Shown: piece by piece, positions 35,450-49,201 of the stretch
Layout: each line of letters starts with the position of its first letter
How positions within the stretch are numbered: position 1 is the first letter of the stretch
DNA from: Marsupella aquatica
Lineage: Eukaryota; Plantae; Marchantiophyta
Reading direction: 5' to 3'
DNA: 64,000 bases
Assembly (NCBI GenBank): GCA_973895155.1
Contig: OZ316892.1
Span: 5,922,476 to 5,986,475 of the forward strand
Translations under genes and position numbers: made by a program
The notes under the pieces: model-generated
The model's input: only the letters and a program-made list of their open reading frames with translations
Databases searched by the model: none
What the model was told of the DNA's origin: nothing

Positions 35450-36135
35450 CGTCGTCACTCATCGATCACCCATTCACGAGCCCTCTGATTCGATCTACTC
35501 TGGATTGTACATTGCTATAGTGTAAAATCGAGGGAGCATCCTCATTCTGCACTCTTCTTGTTGTCAAAGTGATAAGAATTGTTGTGGATAGAAGAAATCC
35601 GTCATCAGTCGCCCATTTAAGAGCTGGCACTCCATCTACTGTGGATTGTACATTGGTGTTGTGTACAATCGATCGAGCATCATCATTCTGCACTCTTCTT
35701 GTTGCCAAATTAATAAGAACTGTTGTGGAGGCAGAAGAAATCCGTCGTCAGTCGCCCATTTAGGAGCCCTCTCACCCATCTACTGTGGATTGTACATTGC
35801 TGTAGAGTACAATCGATCGAGCATCATCATTCTGGACTCTTCTTGTTGACCAATTAATAAGAAATTGTTGTGGAGACAGAAGAAATCCGTCATCAGTCGC
35901 CCTTTCACGAGCCCTCTCACTCCATCTACTGTGGATTGTACATGGCTGTACTGTACAATCGATCGAGCACCATCGTTCTGCACTCTTTTTGTTGTCAAAT
36001 TAGTAGGAATTGTTGTGGAGACAGAAGAAATCCGTCATCAGTCGCCCATTCACGAGCCCTCTCACTCCATCTACTGTGGATTGTACATGCATTGGCTGTA
36101 CTGTACAATCGATCGAGCACCATCATTCTGCACCC
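35450..36135. repeat. Tandem repeat, ~145-bp unit x ~5
   Basis: Anchor CTACT(G/C)TGGATTGTACA at 35495, 35636, 35780, 35926 and 36071 (periods 141-146). Confidence 0.93.
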
Positions 36136-39100
36136 TTCGTGAGTTCTTGTGCCCGAAATTCGCGTGCTCGCGTGCGTTGTGCAGACGTGCGTCCTACAGT
36201 CCTGCAGACTCTAGCGGAGCCTCTATAGTCTATACCGCAAAGACTCCATTACTGTACTCCAAAGTCCATACTGTTCGAGCATTTCGTTCGGCACTTTGTT
36301 TGGGACAACAGTGGCAATTAAGCCGTTGATGAACGAGTCCACTCCGGGATAGCGAGTTAGTTGAACCTTCGGTCTTTTCTAAGCTCCGGACTGGCTGGCA
36401 TCCGAGTCTCTGGTGGTCTTAAGGTGTCAAGCCTGACCCGAGGACGCATAATTGTAGATTGATTCGCTTCGCTCGGTTGCGCAGTACGTACGGTCTGTTT
36501 GTTCGGTTTCTTCCTTTTCTCTTTTTCTTGGCCTTCACTCGCGGCTGCGGGCAATTTTCTTTGCTGCCCTTCTCTTCTTCTCGACAGTAAGGTCATCATA
36601 ACCGACCATCAATTTGAGATTGGGTGTTCTGGACAGATGTTCATTCATTTGCAGGCATCTTTTCTCTCCTTCGCTTCTCCTCTTCTCGATAGTAGATCAT
36701 CACAACAGATCATCAGCTTGATGTGGACAAATCTCCATTCATTCACTGCAGGCAGCTTTTCTTCTCTGCTCTTCTGCTCGACAAGAGATCATCATAACAG
36801 ATCATAAGCTCGGGATTGTTGTTTTGGACAATCTCCATTCCTTCATTTACCGGTTGTTCGCTTTGAATTTCTCTTCTCCACAGTAGATCATCAAATTCGG
36901 CTGGTTGATGGAGAAAGCTCTCCGATTCATTTGTTGGCAATGCTCTCCTCGTCTTCTTCCTCTTTAGAGTAGATCATTACCAGCTTCGGGTTGTTGTGGA
37001 TAGATCTAGCTCTGCATTTCAAGCCTGTGGAGGTTTTGGAGAGAAATAATAGAGAGGTTTATGGTTTGGTTTTGAGTGGTGTTGTGTTCCTTTAGCCATT
37101 GCTAGATCTTAAGAGGTTTTTTTTTGGGTTTTTTCGTAAGGAGCTTTGCATTTTTCCGTGTTATAAATCTGGGTCGTCAGCCTGGTCTGGCGATGGTATT
37201 CCTTCAAAGGGGAGAGGATTGACGAGCCATTGAATTTAATCGAAGCGAGTAGTCTGGTTTAGATTTCATTCTTTACTTACATTCGCTCGTCATTCTTGGG
37301 GTTCCGTGAGCTTATTGCTTCTGCTTCGGCTTCCTCGCCAATTCCCATGATTGTGTAGATCTGCAGCTACGCGGAGATTCAGCCAATTGGACTTCCGCGA
37401 ATCAAAATCAAGGTATGGAACGGGATCTGGAAAAGGTCTTTATTAAGGTCGTGGTGATCAATCACTCTTTACGTAGTCTCCGCTTTGCTCCGTGACTTTG
37501 CTCTCGATTGCTCTCGCTATCTCAACAACGTGAATAAGGTCTACCTTAGGCCCAATCAATGACTTTCGGGAATATCAAGGAACGGAGCGTTTGGAACAGT
37601 GTGGATCAATTTGGCTTCCCGTTTCTCCTCTCATTACTCTGAATTGAGTCATTAAACCCGTATCGGATTCGGCGTTGTGAGATGGATCCGTATCGGGGGA
37701 GAGATAATTGTAAAGCTCGGGCCTTCTCGATTGATTTGTCGCCGTTGTGGCCTCCGACATCTTGCATGATTGGATCTGCTGTGCTGGAGTTCTTAGCATG
37801 GCGGTCCCGTCAACCAAGAGCAAGTCTTTGAACAAATTGACCAATCTCTCTTCTTCTCGAGTACGTGACTGGCAAGATCTCTGAGAAATTGGCGTCGCAA
37901 TGATGTCTCCAGGATCCTGCTGGACGAGTCTGCCGGGTCCGCACTGGGCTGTCGACATTGTTGCGTCGCAAACAGATTAATCAGAAAACCCTCTGAACGT
38001 CAATCAAGGAAGGTCGTGTTTCACAAATTGCAGACCGTTTCGTGGAATCATTGGCTGGCTAGCGGCATTGCTCTTAATCGGCACTGTTGCTTCGAATTAT
38101 CATGGGATGTCGGCCAAGTAAGCTGCTGTTTCTACCTTCCAGACCGTTTCGTGGAATCGTTGGAAGGCTGCAATGTTTCCTTCCTTACTCACTTTCGTTA
38201 CCCCGAATTTCGTTACCCCGAATTATCATGGGATGCAATCGAACCGACTTTATTGCGTCGATTGACGTGGATACACCAGCTCTGCCTGGTTACTTGAGAG
38301 TGAGCGTCTTTGATTGCTCACCGAATAACAGTTGAGGGTTGTTGCGAGGTGCCATGAAGAGCTTTCGTTCCCCTATTCCAGATCGTTTTGTGGGATTTAT
38401 CATTTTGCGCTTCATTGCTTGATTGTTACTCAGCTCTGTTACTCAGCTTTATCGTGGGATGTGACCGGGCCCCTGCTCCTTCGGGTCTCTCTTAACGCTG
38501 GTTGCCAGATTTGCTGCCTTACTTCGGAGTTAGATGGATCAGGATCAGCTGTACCAGACCAGCTTTAGCTTTACTGGCTCGCTTTCCGTGATCTGGGTGA
38601 TCAGCTTTGCCAGCTCACTTCAGCGTCCAGAGATCGAGAAAGACCGCTCACATGAGGGCCTCGCATCTCAGGGCCTGTCGTGACACCGCCCCCTCTCATG
38701 GAAAATGCCTCTGATCGGTAGCCTGCATTGTCCACTCCTTGTCACCTTTGCAGACTCGAGCTATGGTAGAGTGTAGAGAGTACGTACAAGCGGGGACAAC
38801 CTCTTCTTGGCACACTCTTTCGCCAGGATCAAACTGACTCAAACACCTTCAATGCTGGGTTTGAAAGAGGTGGAGAAGGTTTATGCCTGCTCACGTTCAC
38901 ACGCGACCGGTGTAATGCCCTGTCACCTTGGTTTTTCGAGAGAAATCCAATTCCGTGTGATCGCTTGCAGCAAACGAAGCCAACGGTAGCAAACCGTGCT
39001 TGATCATGGGCTGCATCGTCATCGCCTGAAGAAAACATAGCAGATGGTTGTTTCATCCTGCCCACTGTGTAATGTTTTGCTGCTGTCCGTCAGTCTTGCC

Positions 39101-39735
39101 AGGCTTGGTCAATGAATTGCATATGCACGTGCCAGATTTAAATGAGAACATTGCAGTGAACAAATGGACAATGTCATTGGGCATGACACATTTCACGCGT
39201 CTGGTTGTCACTACGCCTATCCGAAGGTCATAATTATCCACTCTTGTTTTGTACTCCTGAGTCCTGAACCTGGACCTCCGCCATCAGAGTTCCAGACGGA
39301 CTGACGGAGAGTACATGATAGGTGTGTACTACCTAGTTTTGTTCTGACAGGCCTCGGATCACTAGTGGGTATTCAAATCTAAGGGCTAAGGATGCGGACA
39401 AGGTGACGAACCCACTAAAAACGGTATACATGAGGTTACCCAAAAAGTGTTGCATACTTTACTGACTTCAGTTTACCGGTATTTTGAATATATGGCAGCT
39501 GTGGGTGCTCTGTCCACGCGGGAGATCAGCGGTCAAAGCGCTCAAATCGGAGGCCAACTTCCTCGCTCGACAAACACCACAGCAGCAGAGGAGAGCCAGG
39601 AAAGAATTTCAAAATTTGTGACGATGAAGCTCATTCTATGGGAGATGGACAGGCTTTCCGGCCACCTCCGTGAGTGAGTGGGGTTGATTTGGTGTCAAGC
39701 GGCTGCTTGCTGGTATGTTGGTCGAAGGGGTCCGG

Positions 39736-41811
39736 ATGGCAGATGTGTCGAAGGTGAGGCAGTCACAACACTCTCGTAAGGGTGGAGGAACAACGACCTC
39801 TTCTCATGAGAAGTGTCCAATCGGTGCGCGTTTGTATTCACAGGTCCATGTGTGCAACCACGCAAGGTGCTCTGCAAACGATCCGGACTACAATGTCAAA
39901 TCGGCGGTTCCTCTGAAGAAGTTCCTAGTTGCAAAGAAGCACGCCTATGGAGGACTGGAGGAGAAGGGAGAGAAGAAGAGGACTAGTAGTGTAAGTAGTA
40001 CCATCTCTCCTGACCATCCACGTGATCGGAGGAGCCATGCTCTCCAGTCTCTCACCAATTCGGTGCTCACAACAGAGAGTGGGTCCAAGGGTAAGGTAAG
40101 GTCAAGTGGGCTTCGCTCAAATGCCCAATCTGTGGGGCAAAGCAGGCGAGCAACAAGGGACAATAGCAGCATCAGCGCGGAGACTAAGAAAGTTGTCGAA
40201 CGCAAAGTGAGACCCACGACGACTCACTCGTCCTCCGTCCCATCTGGTAGCTCTACCAGACGCAGTAGTGTGACAGCCACTGGATCCCACTCTACGGCAC
40301 AGAAGTCCCGGCTGAGTAGTGCTGGATCCATCTTCTCCCCACAAGCTACAGAACAAAGCAAACAGTGGGAGGACTTGGCATCCCCTGAAAGCTCGATCAC
40401 TTCTATCAGTATCACACAAATCATTTCCACGAGGAGAGAGGAGAAGAAGGAAGAGGGGGAGGATGAGACTCAAGAGCTTGTTAAGGCAGCTGCTGCTGCT
40501 GCAGCATCCTCACCCACAGCATCGGTCGGTTCCAATCAGGATACCGAAATCTCGAGCTTGAAGGAGACCGTCAGAGATTTCGAACAACCGGCTGTCAATT
40601 TTGGCGACTTGCAATCTCCTGCCAGCTCGCCTTCCAATATTTTGCAACAGAACTCCGGAAACAGGGAGGCTACTGTTGACTCTCCTCCTCCGTCTTCTCC
40701 ATCAGTTGATAACAGGTCACCCGTTTTGGAGTCCCTCTCTCCATCGACGCCATCCACGAGTGTTGCATCCGCAACAACGGAAACTTCCTCCCTCACAACA
40801 ACGCCTGCGAGTGAGCTCTCCTCCTCAACTTTGCCAAATGTAGCTGTTGGTCATGAGGAGATTAATTATGGATCGTCCAGTCCATCGGTGGATTCCGGGC
40901 CTACTACGTCTGGATCGTTAAATTCATCAGTAACCTCTCTCACGTCAGGGCCACGCCTTAGTCCTGGATCCACTCGACGATCTTCTCTGACGACAACTTC
41001 TCCATCATCCTCCGACAAGCTCGGTAGAAATTTTATAACTAGTTTGAAGGAAAGCCCCAAGGTGTCACCTGTGTCATCATCTTCGCGTTCGTCAGCTAGT
41101 AGGCCTTCCAGAATTCCCAGAAATTCAGTTTCACCAGCTCCGGTAGATTCTTCTCCTGCTCCCACAAATGCATCAAGGTTAGCGAAAAACTTTTTCACAG
41201 ATTCGCAGGCGAGAAGTGTTCCCCGGAGGAGTACTAAAGGGGTGCGTTCCATTGAACTGAGAGGTGGGAAGGCCCAGAGCTACTCCACATCTACCGTCAC
41301 CAGCTGGAATATGACAACCACAACTGTTGAGACCTCAGTGTCGATTTCAGAAATTACTACCGAGAAGAATGTTGAGTCAGGGCTTGAACGGAGCGGATTA
41401 GTCGAAGACTCTGTCCAACCAGAGCAACTCAGCAAAATGGAATCGCAAACTGCAGTCGCTGGTCCAAATCTCTCGGCAGCAGATCCGAAGGCCATAAAGG
41501 AGCCTTCCACAACTGTGAAGTTTGCAAAGAACGCCAGAAGCTTTGAGGAAGTGTATGCGGACGCTGAGACTGTTGCGTTGAAACACGGTGAGGTTGCAGA
41601 ACGTAGACTGTCAGAGGAGTACATGACAAATCATGCTTTGGAAGGTGTAGTAAGTAAGATTTCGGAGAACGATCATCGGGTGAAAGTTTTGGTCCATGCT
41701 TTTGAGACTTTAGCGACCCTCACTGACTCCGAGGCCCTTGTCATCGAGGAGACAACTTTGAACCATGACCTGGCTCACGAATCATTGGCAGCCACAACAA
41801 TCGCTGTGTAG
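39736..41811 (+). CDS. Ser-rich, mostly disordered protein with a C-terminal plant calmodulin-binding domain (PICBP-like)
   Basis: Single-exon ORF of about 691 aa. C-terminus AETVALKHGEVAERRLSEEYMTNHALEGVVSKISENDHRVKVLVHAFETL matches the CaM_binding consensus (V.LRHQ...EE.M.d.AL...vsKL....KV..LV.AFET). Confidence 0.85.
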   Translation: MADVSKVRQSQHSRKGGGTTTSSHEKCPIGARLYSQVHVCNHARCSANDPDYNVKSAVPLKKFLVAKKHAYGGLEEKGEKKRTSSVSSTISPDHPRDRRSHALQSLTNSVLTTESGSKGKVRSSGLRSNAQSVGQSRRATRDNSSISAETKKVVERKVRPTTTHSSSVPSGSSTRRSSVTATGSHSTAQKSRLSSAGSIFSPQATEQSKQWEDLASPESSITSISITQIISTRREEKKEEGEDETQELVKAAAAAAASSPTASVGSNQDTEISSLKETVRDFEQPAVNFGDLQSPASSPSNILQQNSGNREATVDSPPPSSPSVDNRSPVLESLSPSTPSTSVASATTETSSLTTTPASELSSSTLPNVAVGHEEINYGSSSPSVDSGPTTSGSLNSSVTSLTSGPRLSPGSTRRSSLTTTSPSSSDKLGRNFITSLKESPKVSPVSSSSRSSASRPSRIPRNSVSPAPVDSSPAPTNASRLAKNFFTDSQARSVPRRSTKGVRSIELRGGKAQSYSTSTVTSWNMTTTTVETSVSISEITTEKNVESGLERSGLVEDSVQPEQLSKMESQTAVAGPNLSAADPKAIKEPSTTVKFAKNARSFEEVYADAETVALKHGEVAERRLSEEYMTNHALEGVVSKISENDHRVKVLVHAFETLATLTDSEALVIEETTLNHDLAHESLAATTIAV

Positions 41812-44800
41812 ATCCCATAGCAAAGGTTTGACTGTTTTCATCTTCTACTGGAAACCGAGCATGTCATGTATTGTTATTGTGGTTGGACCACATGTTAGTA
41901 AAACTGTGGGCTGCGAGTGACTGCACCTGACACGCCCACGCACCACATATTCTTCAGTTATAAATTGAGGTTTCATTCTCTATCGGTCTTATTGACATCA
42001 GAAAACGAGCAAGAGTCTAGATTTAGATTTTCTACATGTTTGCAACTGCAATGCTTCGATCATGACCTCAGATTCTCCTGGAGTATGGTCATTATGAGTT
42101 CACTGATTTATCTGTTTGACCAGGCTGGAGAGTTTGGCCTTCCAGAGGGTCCGCTTGAAACCGTGGAGATGCCTGTCATCGTGGCCATTGCAGTTCTCGA
42201 AGTGCAGCTCAAAGTTCGTAGCTCTGTGGAACGTTGATTCATCTGTCTGGAATTAAGTTCTCGGTTGGAAATAAGCTTGTTGACTGGCTCACATTAGGAC
42301 CCTTGTGGCAGAACTCTTTAACTTTCGTATTTTCCCAGAAAGATCATTGTTCCAGAAGCTGTTTTACCCGGAACAAGACGGACCCAATTGGGTTCTCTTC
42401 CACTCGGGAACAAACTCCTTTGTTACACCTGTGCTAAGCGACCTCGATGAAGGTGAGTGACTAGCGGGACATAGTTGTGTGATTGTTATTTTCTGCACAG
42501 GAAGGCGATACATGGCATGTAGGAGATAGATTTTCTAACGAGGGTTTTTTCGTGTGATAGGATGTGAAGGATGATGGAGACATGGCGTACTTTCTAGGAC
42601 GGCGATATATGTCATATAGGAGATAGATTTTCAATTAATGGTTTTGGTTGTGCCGTAGCTCCATTTTGAAGAGTAGAGAAGATGATGTCATGAATACATT
42701 TCGCCTGTATCCTTGGAATGATTGGTGGTAAGAACCAGAGTGTACAGATAGGAAAGATAGGTAGGAGAGTCCAAGACAATCTTTGTTGGTACTGCTTTCT
42801 TTTGAGAAAGAAAATTGAACGAACCGCTGATCCTGAGTAAGGACTTAGGAAGGAGGAGTATGACCAGAAATGGATCCAGCAAAAAATGTGGTTAGGGTTA
42901 AAATGATGCTCGACATCGTCAGAAGGGTTTCTTTCCTGCCTCTTAGAGATACTCGCTTGGAAAGAACGGACATGAGTTTGGACGGTTGAAGCAGATATCA
43001 ACTTCACAGTGGGGACAAAACCGCTAAAAATAGGTTCTTAGCTTCTGGTCTTGGCAGCGATCTTGACTATGGAACGCTGGACGAGAGTAGAAAAGGTAGG
43101 GTAGTGCCGACAACTGTTTGCTCTTCTGGCAAACAAGGTCATTTCCATAATAGCAACTGGCTTCTGATGAAATCTTACAAGATTTGAGCATGTTTGAGTT
43201 TCGGCCATGCAACACTAAAACTGTCTTTGAAATTAGGTAAGTTGAGCACAAGTAGTTAGGAATGGGAGAATTCAATTCATATAATTCGAAGGTTCATGGG
43301 TGTCCGTCCAGACAGAAGAGAGTAGCTCCTTGGAGTCATTATCTAAAGTTCCATCATTGGCCACGTCCAGGATCCGTCATCTAGGAAGGTGCATACTATC
43401 ATCTAAGGCAGAAGGGGTGTGACGACTGTTGTTATGGGAGTCTTCATCCAGCCTGGGTGATTGTTAGTCAGGACAATCTCTTTGTCAGCTCAGTCATATG
43501 AACTCCTCGAAAAGGCAGAGGATCTGCAACTGTCTGTGCTCTTCATGGATATTATCATGTTCAACACCGCCTCACCAGAAACTTGCAGTCCAAGAAAGAA
43601 TTTGTCGTTTGACATTTCTTACATTCACCTTTCTACAACACTGATAGCTTAAATTACAATGGACACAGAAACAGATTGTAGGTGGCGTCTGAATGCTTTG
43701 ACACTAATGGGAGTGGCTTTTGGTAGTAATTTTGGTCCTCACCTTGTCTCAATTCATAGTGTGCATGAGCTCTTGTTTCTCTTAATTTTATTTCACTAGC
43801 CTCTACAGTTGGCTTTGAGTCGTGGGTCATGGTCATTGTTGAAGGCTAAAAGTTATGGATCCTGAATTTGGCATTCTTTATGGCTGCTTGTAACAATAAT
43901 CGGCCAGTTCAGGTCCCTGAAATTCCGAGATTTGAGGCGCTCTATTAGCTTGATGTCAGCGAACTGCAAGCAGGAATTTGGTAATTTCTTCATTGTTAAT
44001 TCCAAGCTGGATTGAGCCATTTGCAGAGTAGATGATTACCCACTTCAATCAGGGAAGAATAAATCACTTCGCAGGACTTCACACCTTTAAGAAGTCCCAC
44101 TCATCATTCAAAGCACAGAGCCCCAACAGAGCATCTTTTGTATTCTGTTGAATTTGGATTGCTCTCCAGGAATCCAATAGAGTGCTACAAAGTAATATCA
44201 CATGCTGATTTCACATTATGCCTAACCTTATTCTTCACTTTAAATGCATAAGCCACATCTATACTACAGTTTTTGTTCTCAGTTGACATGAGACTAAATT
44301 TTAACACCCATTGCTGCAGAGTCACATTGTTAGCTCAAGAAGGGAGGTCACCCAAAAACTCGAGAATCTATTCACTCACGTGCACAAAGCAAAGCAAACC
44401 TGGATTTCCACCAGAGATGATTACTTTATTGGTGCACGGATACAGCCCTCCGGGTTTACAGCCATGGCCCTCCAACAGGCGATGGGTTAGCAAGCGTAAC
44501 CCCTGACAATCCTTCATCACATAGAATTTTGAGATTTTGAAAGGATTATGAGAGAGTCGGAATCCCTGGCCAGGCTGGCAAAGGGTTCCCGCTATGGACC
44601 TCTCGTGAAACTACAAATGAAAAAGGAGAGGAGGGGGACAGAGGGGGATTGAACCCGTCACAACGACACTCTTCCCGACATCCAGTGAAGAAGGGGGATT
44701 CAACCTCGGATCTGCTCAGATGACATTGTTTTGCTCTGTAATGTTGCAAATCAAAAGCGAACCTTAAAAGTCTAGGTAAGACATGACGGTATCAATCCGG

Positions 44801-45197
44801 TCAAGGGCATGGGGAGTCCACACAACTCCTTTAGCAAAGCTCTGCTGCAAGACTAGAATGGACAGCTTACCAAGCTGATATGCAGTTACCTTGACCTAAT
44901 GCTGGCCGGCCATAGCAGAAATTCAAATCAATGACAAGAAGCTCCAGTTCTTCACTGCTACGATATACGACGAACTTGGGCAAAACTGTCTCATAGGCCT
45001 TAGTAATATTCTCCAAGCCTTGAATGGAATCGTTGTCATCTAAAAAATGTTGACCATAATTGAAAAGGATGACTGTTCGTGAGCTGTGGCAGACTAGGAC
45101 CAAGTGATAGCAGCAAATTCTAAGTGAACATGTATATTTTGCAAGCGATCTCCTCTCACTGATAATGATAGAGGTCAAAATTGAGTTCCCGTGGCTA

Positions 45198-47479
45198 TTA
45201 ATGTTCCAAGTGAAAGACGTATTCAGTCAGACTTTGCAATTGACTTGCATCAGTCTGTTGCTCTACAGTAGACGTAATTGGAGAAACAGTTAACATCTTT
45301 GCCAATGGGTCCAAAGTCCACCCATGCTGGACGGTGTCTGCATTCAATAGATTTAAACCAAGTCAGTACACTTAATGGGAAAGTTTAAACCTCTGCAAAT
45401 ATCGTCAGTGTTTCAGTAACCAAAGCTGTGCCATCATTTTGAGTGACAGGCGTCTTCAAAGATCCGATATATACATAATAATGATGAACCTATAAGAATG
45501 ATGACGAGACGAAAAAAAAGTTCAATTGCTCTATTTGGACTCGCCACCTAAGAATTAGTCACTAAGTCCAAATCCACCTATAGACCATTTGAGTCTTAGT
45601 TTAGTCACACATGGGCTGCAAATTCAACGTGAATGCTCTGGGTCAGGCGTCCTTCATCGAAGAATGAAGAAAATAGTCCTTCGAGCCAAAACGGCAACAT
45701 TTACGGCTGAAGAGCTGGACCGTATTATTCACCACCATATACCATGCAACTAAGTGTCACTGTGTTCTGTTACTTAGGTGCCTAGTTGCACAGATATCCC
45801 CTTACGGAAGCAAGAATCAGCTGTCTTGAACTTCCTTTATGGAAAACACATTCACAACGCAGCCCTTCAAATTTCAAATCAGCGATCTTCAATGCAGAAG
45901 TGATCCCTCAAGCACCTTAGGGTCACTTGCAGATTAAAGAATTCAATGGTCTAGTAGAGCAGACGTGAACCCTCCTCGATTTGCCCCTATAGCAAAGTAG
46001 TCCTCGCGTTGGGTGGTTGAATATACTTACAATTCACAACGTCATTCTCTGTCATCCCCAAGCATCCGGCAGCATCTGTTACGCTGATCGTCGAATAGGC
46101 TGTGTAGAGAAGCTTCAATATTCGTTTCGAATAGTCCTCTACAAGACATGACACATCAAAGATACTAGTATTACGAGGAGAGACAAAGCGAATCCAGAGC
46201 AGTTGCAGAACACAGTCAACCGATGGACTAGCTATGGAAAGACATGACGAGTTGATCGTGAGATACGTTATCAATGTTAGAGAAATTAACCAATTAGATG
46301 CATCGGTAGACCAGATAGGTGTCCGAGGCCAGCTCAAAAGGGAGGAACTTTTATAAGAAACCTATCGCATGCAATGCACAACTACCTAACTACGGCAAGT
46401 AGAAGCACGACATCCGAACATTGTATGCCTTCCATGTTTGCCCCTCGTAATAGTCAAGCCAAAGTTTCCAGTCCAGACATGCGAAACCTTCAACCTTGAG
46501 CAGTAGTTCCTTACCAGCAACAGCAGATACTACGAGCTGGACATCGGGACTCCAATCATAGCTACGGAGAGCGTCGTGAACCGCAGCATGATCATGACTC
46601 CATAAGCACTGGACTATCTTCCAAGCAGCAGCTAGCTCCGCATCATTTTGCTTTACTACGGCTGGTGTCCGTTTCCATAGAAATCTCGCACTATTACTGC
46701 ACGCAATTTCAAAATTGAAGTCATCATTGTTCAAGCTGAATGAAGTGCATTGTTGATAAGGTGAAGAAAAATGGCAAGAGAGTTCCGACACACGTCGAAC
46801 ACACCTCAAATATGAATTAAGCTCTTCTATTAAGTTCTGTTATGTTAAAGGATCACAGAAAACTGAAGTCAAGTGGCCAATTCGAAAGCGTCAGGTGTGT
46901 AAGCTATGTCACTTACAGATCATCTACTACAACATGACCTAGCAAGTGTACAGTGAATGGCCATTCTTGAGGAATCCCGGCTCCAGCGGCAGCTGTCTGC
47001 ATAATTCTTTCAATAGTGAGATTCCCCAGGCACAGAATGATGAGGTAAGGCGAGGAACACATACAGAACAGAAACGTAGGCTAAAACCCTACGTAAGAAG
47101 CCCTAGAATGTGAATTACAATACCAATCCGCTAGCGATATCATGAGGCAGAAAAAGAGACACACATAGCTAATCTTTCCCTTCATTCCTCTAAACCCTAC
47201 AGATCGCGCAGGAACCTGAGCAAAACACAATTGGCTCGCGGTTATTTTGCCGGAGAGAAGAAGACATTCTCCATCACTACTACAGCAAATCAACAAACGA
47301 ACGAATGAACGAAGACGAACGCAGGCTGTGGTCCGACCGAAAAACGAACAAACCTCGAGTTCAAGATTGTCGAGCAAATCCGCCAACTCGGTGAATCGCC
47401 GCGCATTTATCGCCTCATGTACAGCGCTCAAACTCGAGGTCGACGGACCGGCAATCCTCCCATTCACCGAGACGGCCAT
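45198..47479 (-). CDS. CSN8: COP9 signalosome subunit 8, 5 exons
   Basis: Exons 47479-47354, 46996-46917, 46696-46515, 46138-46031 and 45337-45198 join in phase. EWPFTVHLLGH, NSARFLWKR, LLYTAYSTIS, C-terminus LQSLTEYVFHLEH. Confidence 0.95.
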
Positions 47480-47536
47480 GCCCGGATTAATTGGAATTGG
47501 GATGCGAGGAAAAATCGACGTAGGCTAAGAAATCTC

Positions 47537-47788
47537 CCTTCCTTCCTTCCTTCCTTCCTTCCTTCTTTCTTAGGAACCTACTTTTGCTACTTCTTTTCAG
47601 ACACCTTCGTCCTTCGCTGCTCGTTCGGTACAGAAACACCTTCCTCGTCGCTCCTTAGCTCCCACTTGATCGAGTGTTCGTTCTCTCGTCCTGTCACGAG
47701 ACCTCACTTCTCTACAGGTAAGCTCCCACTTGGTCGAGTGTTCGTTCTCTCGTCCTGTCGCGAGGCCTCTCTTCTTCTCTACAGGTAA
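47537..47788. repeat. (CTTC)n microsatellite plus a ~64-bp tandem duplication upstream of CSN8
   Basis: CTTC repeats at 47537-47565; AGCTCCCACTTG.TCGAGTGTTCGTTCTCTCGTCCTGTC...CTACAGGTAA occurs twice (about 47657 and 47721). Confidence 0.85.
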
Positions 47789-48484
47789 CGCTTTGTGGAC
47801 TGTTCTGTCGCTCTTTCTGTCACGATAATACCTCCCTTCGCTTCATTCAAAACCCTGATTTGCCTGAGGGATCCTGTCTCCCCGTTGGGAGCCTATTGAT
47901 TTGATCATGTCTCCCCCATTAGGCACTTTTTTTTTGTTTTTTGTTTTGTTTTTTGTTACTAATTGATATAAGCACTTTTTGTTTTTTTGTTGTTTGGTGC
48001 TGATTGGTATATATAGAGTATATATGTACATATAACTAGCCCCTATGACCCTTTCTGTCGAACATAAATAGGTACAAAGTAAAATCTTGCACAATAGAAT
48101 TATATGCTGTTTTGGTTAGTCTTTGATTCATTCTTGTTTTTTGTCCATACTCATTTCAGTTTTGTCTTTATTTAGAGTCAATTTCACTTTTGTTTATCCT
48201 CATTTAAAATTTTGACCTTATTGAACCCCATTATCTGTTTGTCTTTTTGGGAGTTAGTGTCTAGAGTCTTCATTCTAGACCTAGGCCCTTAAGACTAGAC
48301 TTGAGTTGGCGCTTTTATAATAAGATATGCAATGAATGTATTCTCTTTGTATATTTCTGTACTTTGTTGAGTTGCCTCCTATTTACCTTCCTAGCTTCCC
48401 AGTTTTCCCTAGAGCAGGGACTTTGTTACCGCCTTTCCTTCATGGAATAGTTTTCCCTAGAGTAAGGGTATTGTTTTTTCTTTT

Positions 48485-49201
48485 ACCGCACATTAAATCT
48501 ACAACTAGTTAACACTCCCCATTTTCCTGGGGCCCGTACACTGCACCAATGCTACCGCCCGCTATAGCCCAAGTTTGCCAGAACACAAGCCAATACCATT
48601 TTGTGCCTTGGTCCGACCCAATCAACTTTGTGTCTTCTACTTTGGGTTTATGTTCTGGCACCCTTCATATTTCATCGCCCACTCCAGCCCAAGTCCCCAA
48701 TGTTTCTTCTAAGTCTAAGTGTGCAAGCACAACCTCATACTTTGGTTAAGAGTCATGATTGATAGAGTACTGATTGATGTTTTGCCAAATGCCTCTTCTC
48801 TATGGAGTCATGGTTTATGTTTTTGCAACACGTCTTTTCAATTGAGTCATAGAGTTCGTAATAGAGTCTAAATGTTCAGGCAACGCCTAGTAAATTTTGA
48901 TAAAAGTCATGATTAATCTTGTCTTGGATTATGTAACTTGGGTGAGAGTGGGGAGCAGAAATCAAGGACTTGGGCCGGAGCGGGCAACAACAAGTGAACA
49001 GTGCCAGAACATAATCCAGAAGTCAATGGCACAAAGTTATTTGGGCTGGAGCAAGTGACAAAATGGTAGAGTTTTGGTTTGTGTTTTGGCAAACTCGGGC
49101 CGGAGAGGAGAGGGTTGCAGCATTGGGGATTAGGATAGGCAGTATACGGGCGCCCCAAGAAAATGAGGGAGCATTAACTCATCGTAGATTTAAAGTGCGG
49201 T
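48485..49201. mobile_element. Foldback/MITE-like element with ~230-bp diverged inverted arms
   Basis: ACCGCACATTAAATCTAC at 48485 versus GTAGATTTAAAGTGCGGT ending at 49201. Arms 48485-48710 and 48955-49201 align in reverse complement; the spurious ORFs 48549+ and 48913- share YHFV...NFV...GLCSGT.H...PAQV. Confidence 0.8.

Noticed and set aside
35466-36329. Multiple overlapping ORFs with repeated peptides
   Set aside because: They are translations of the 145-bp tandem repeat.
39945-41629. Numerous antisense ORFs
   Set aside because: Shadows of the Ser-rich plus-strand CDS.
42440-44800. Degenerate retroelement-like coding remnants
   Set aside because: Frames are broken and no diagnostic RT, integrase or endonuclease motif was found.
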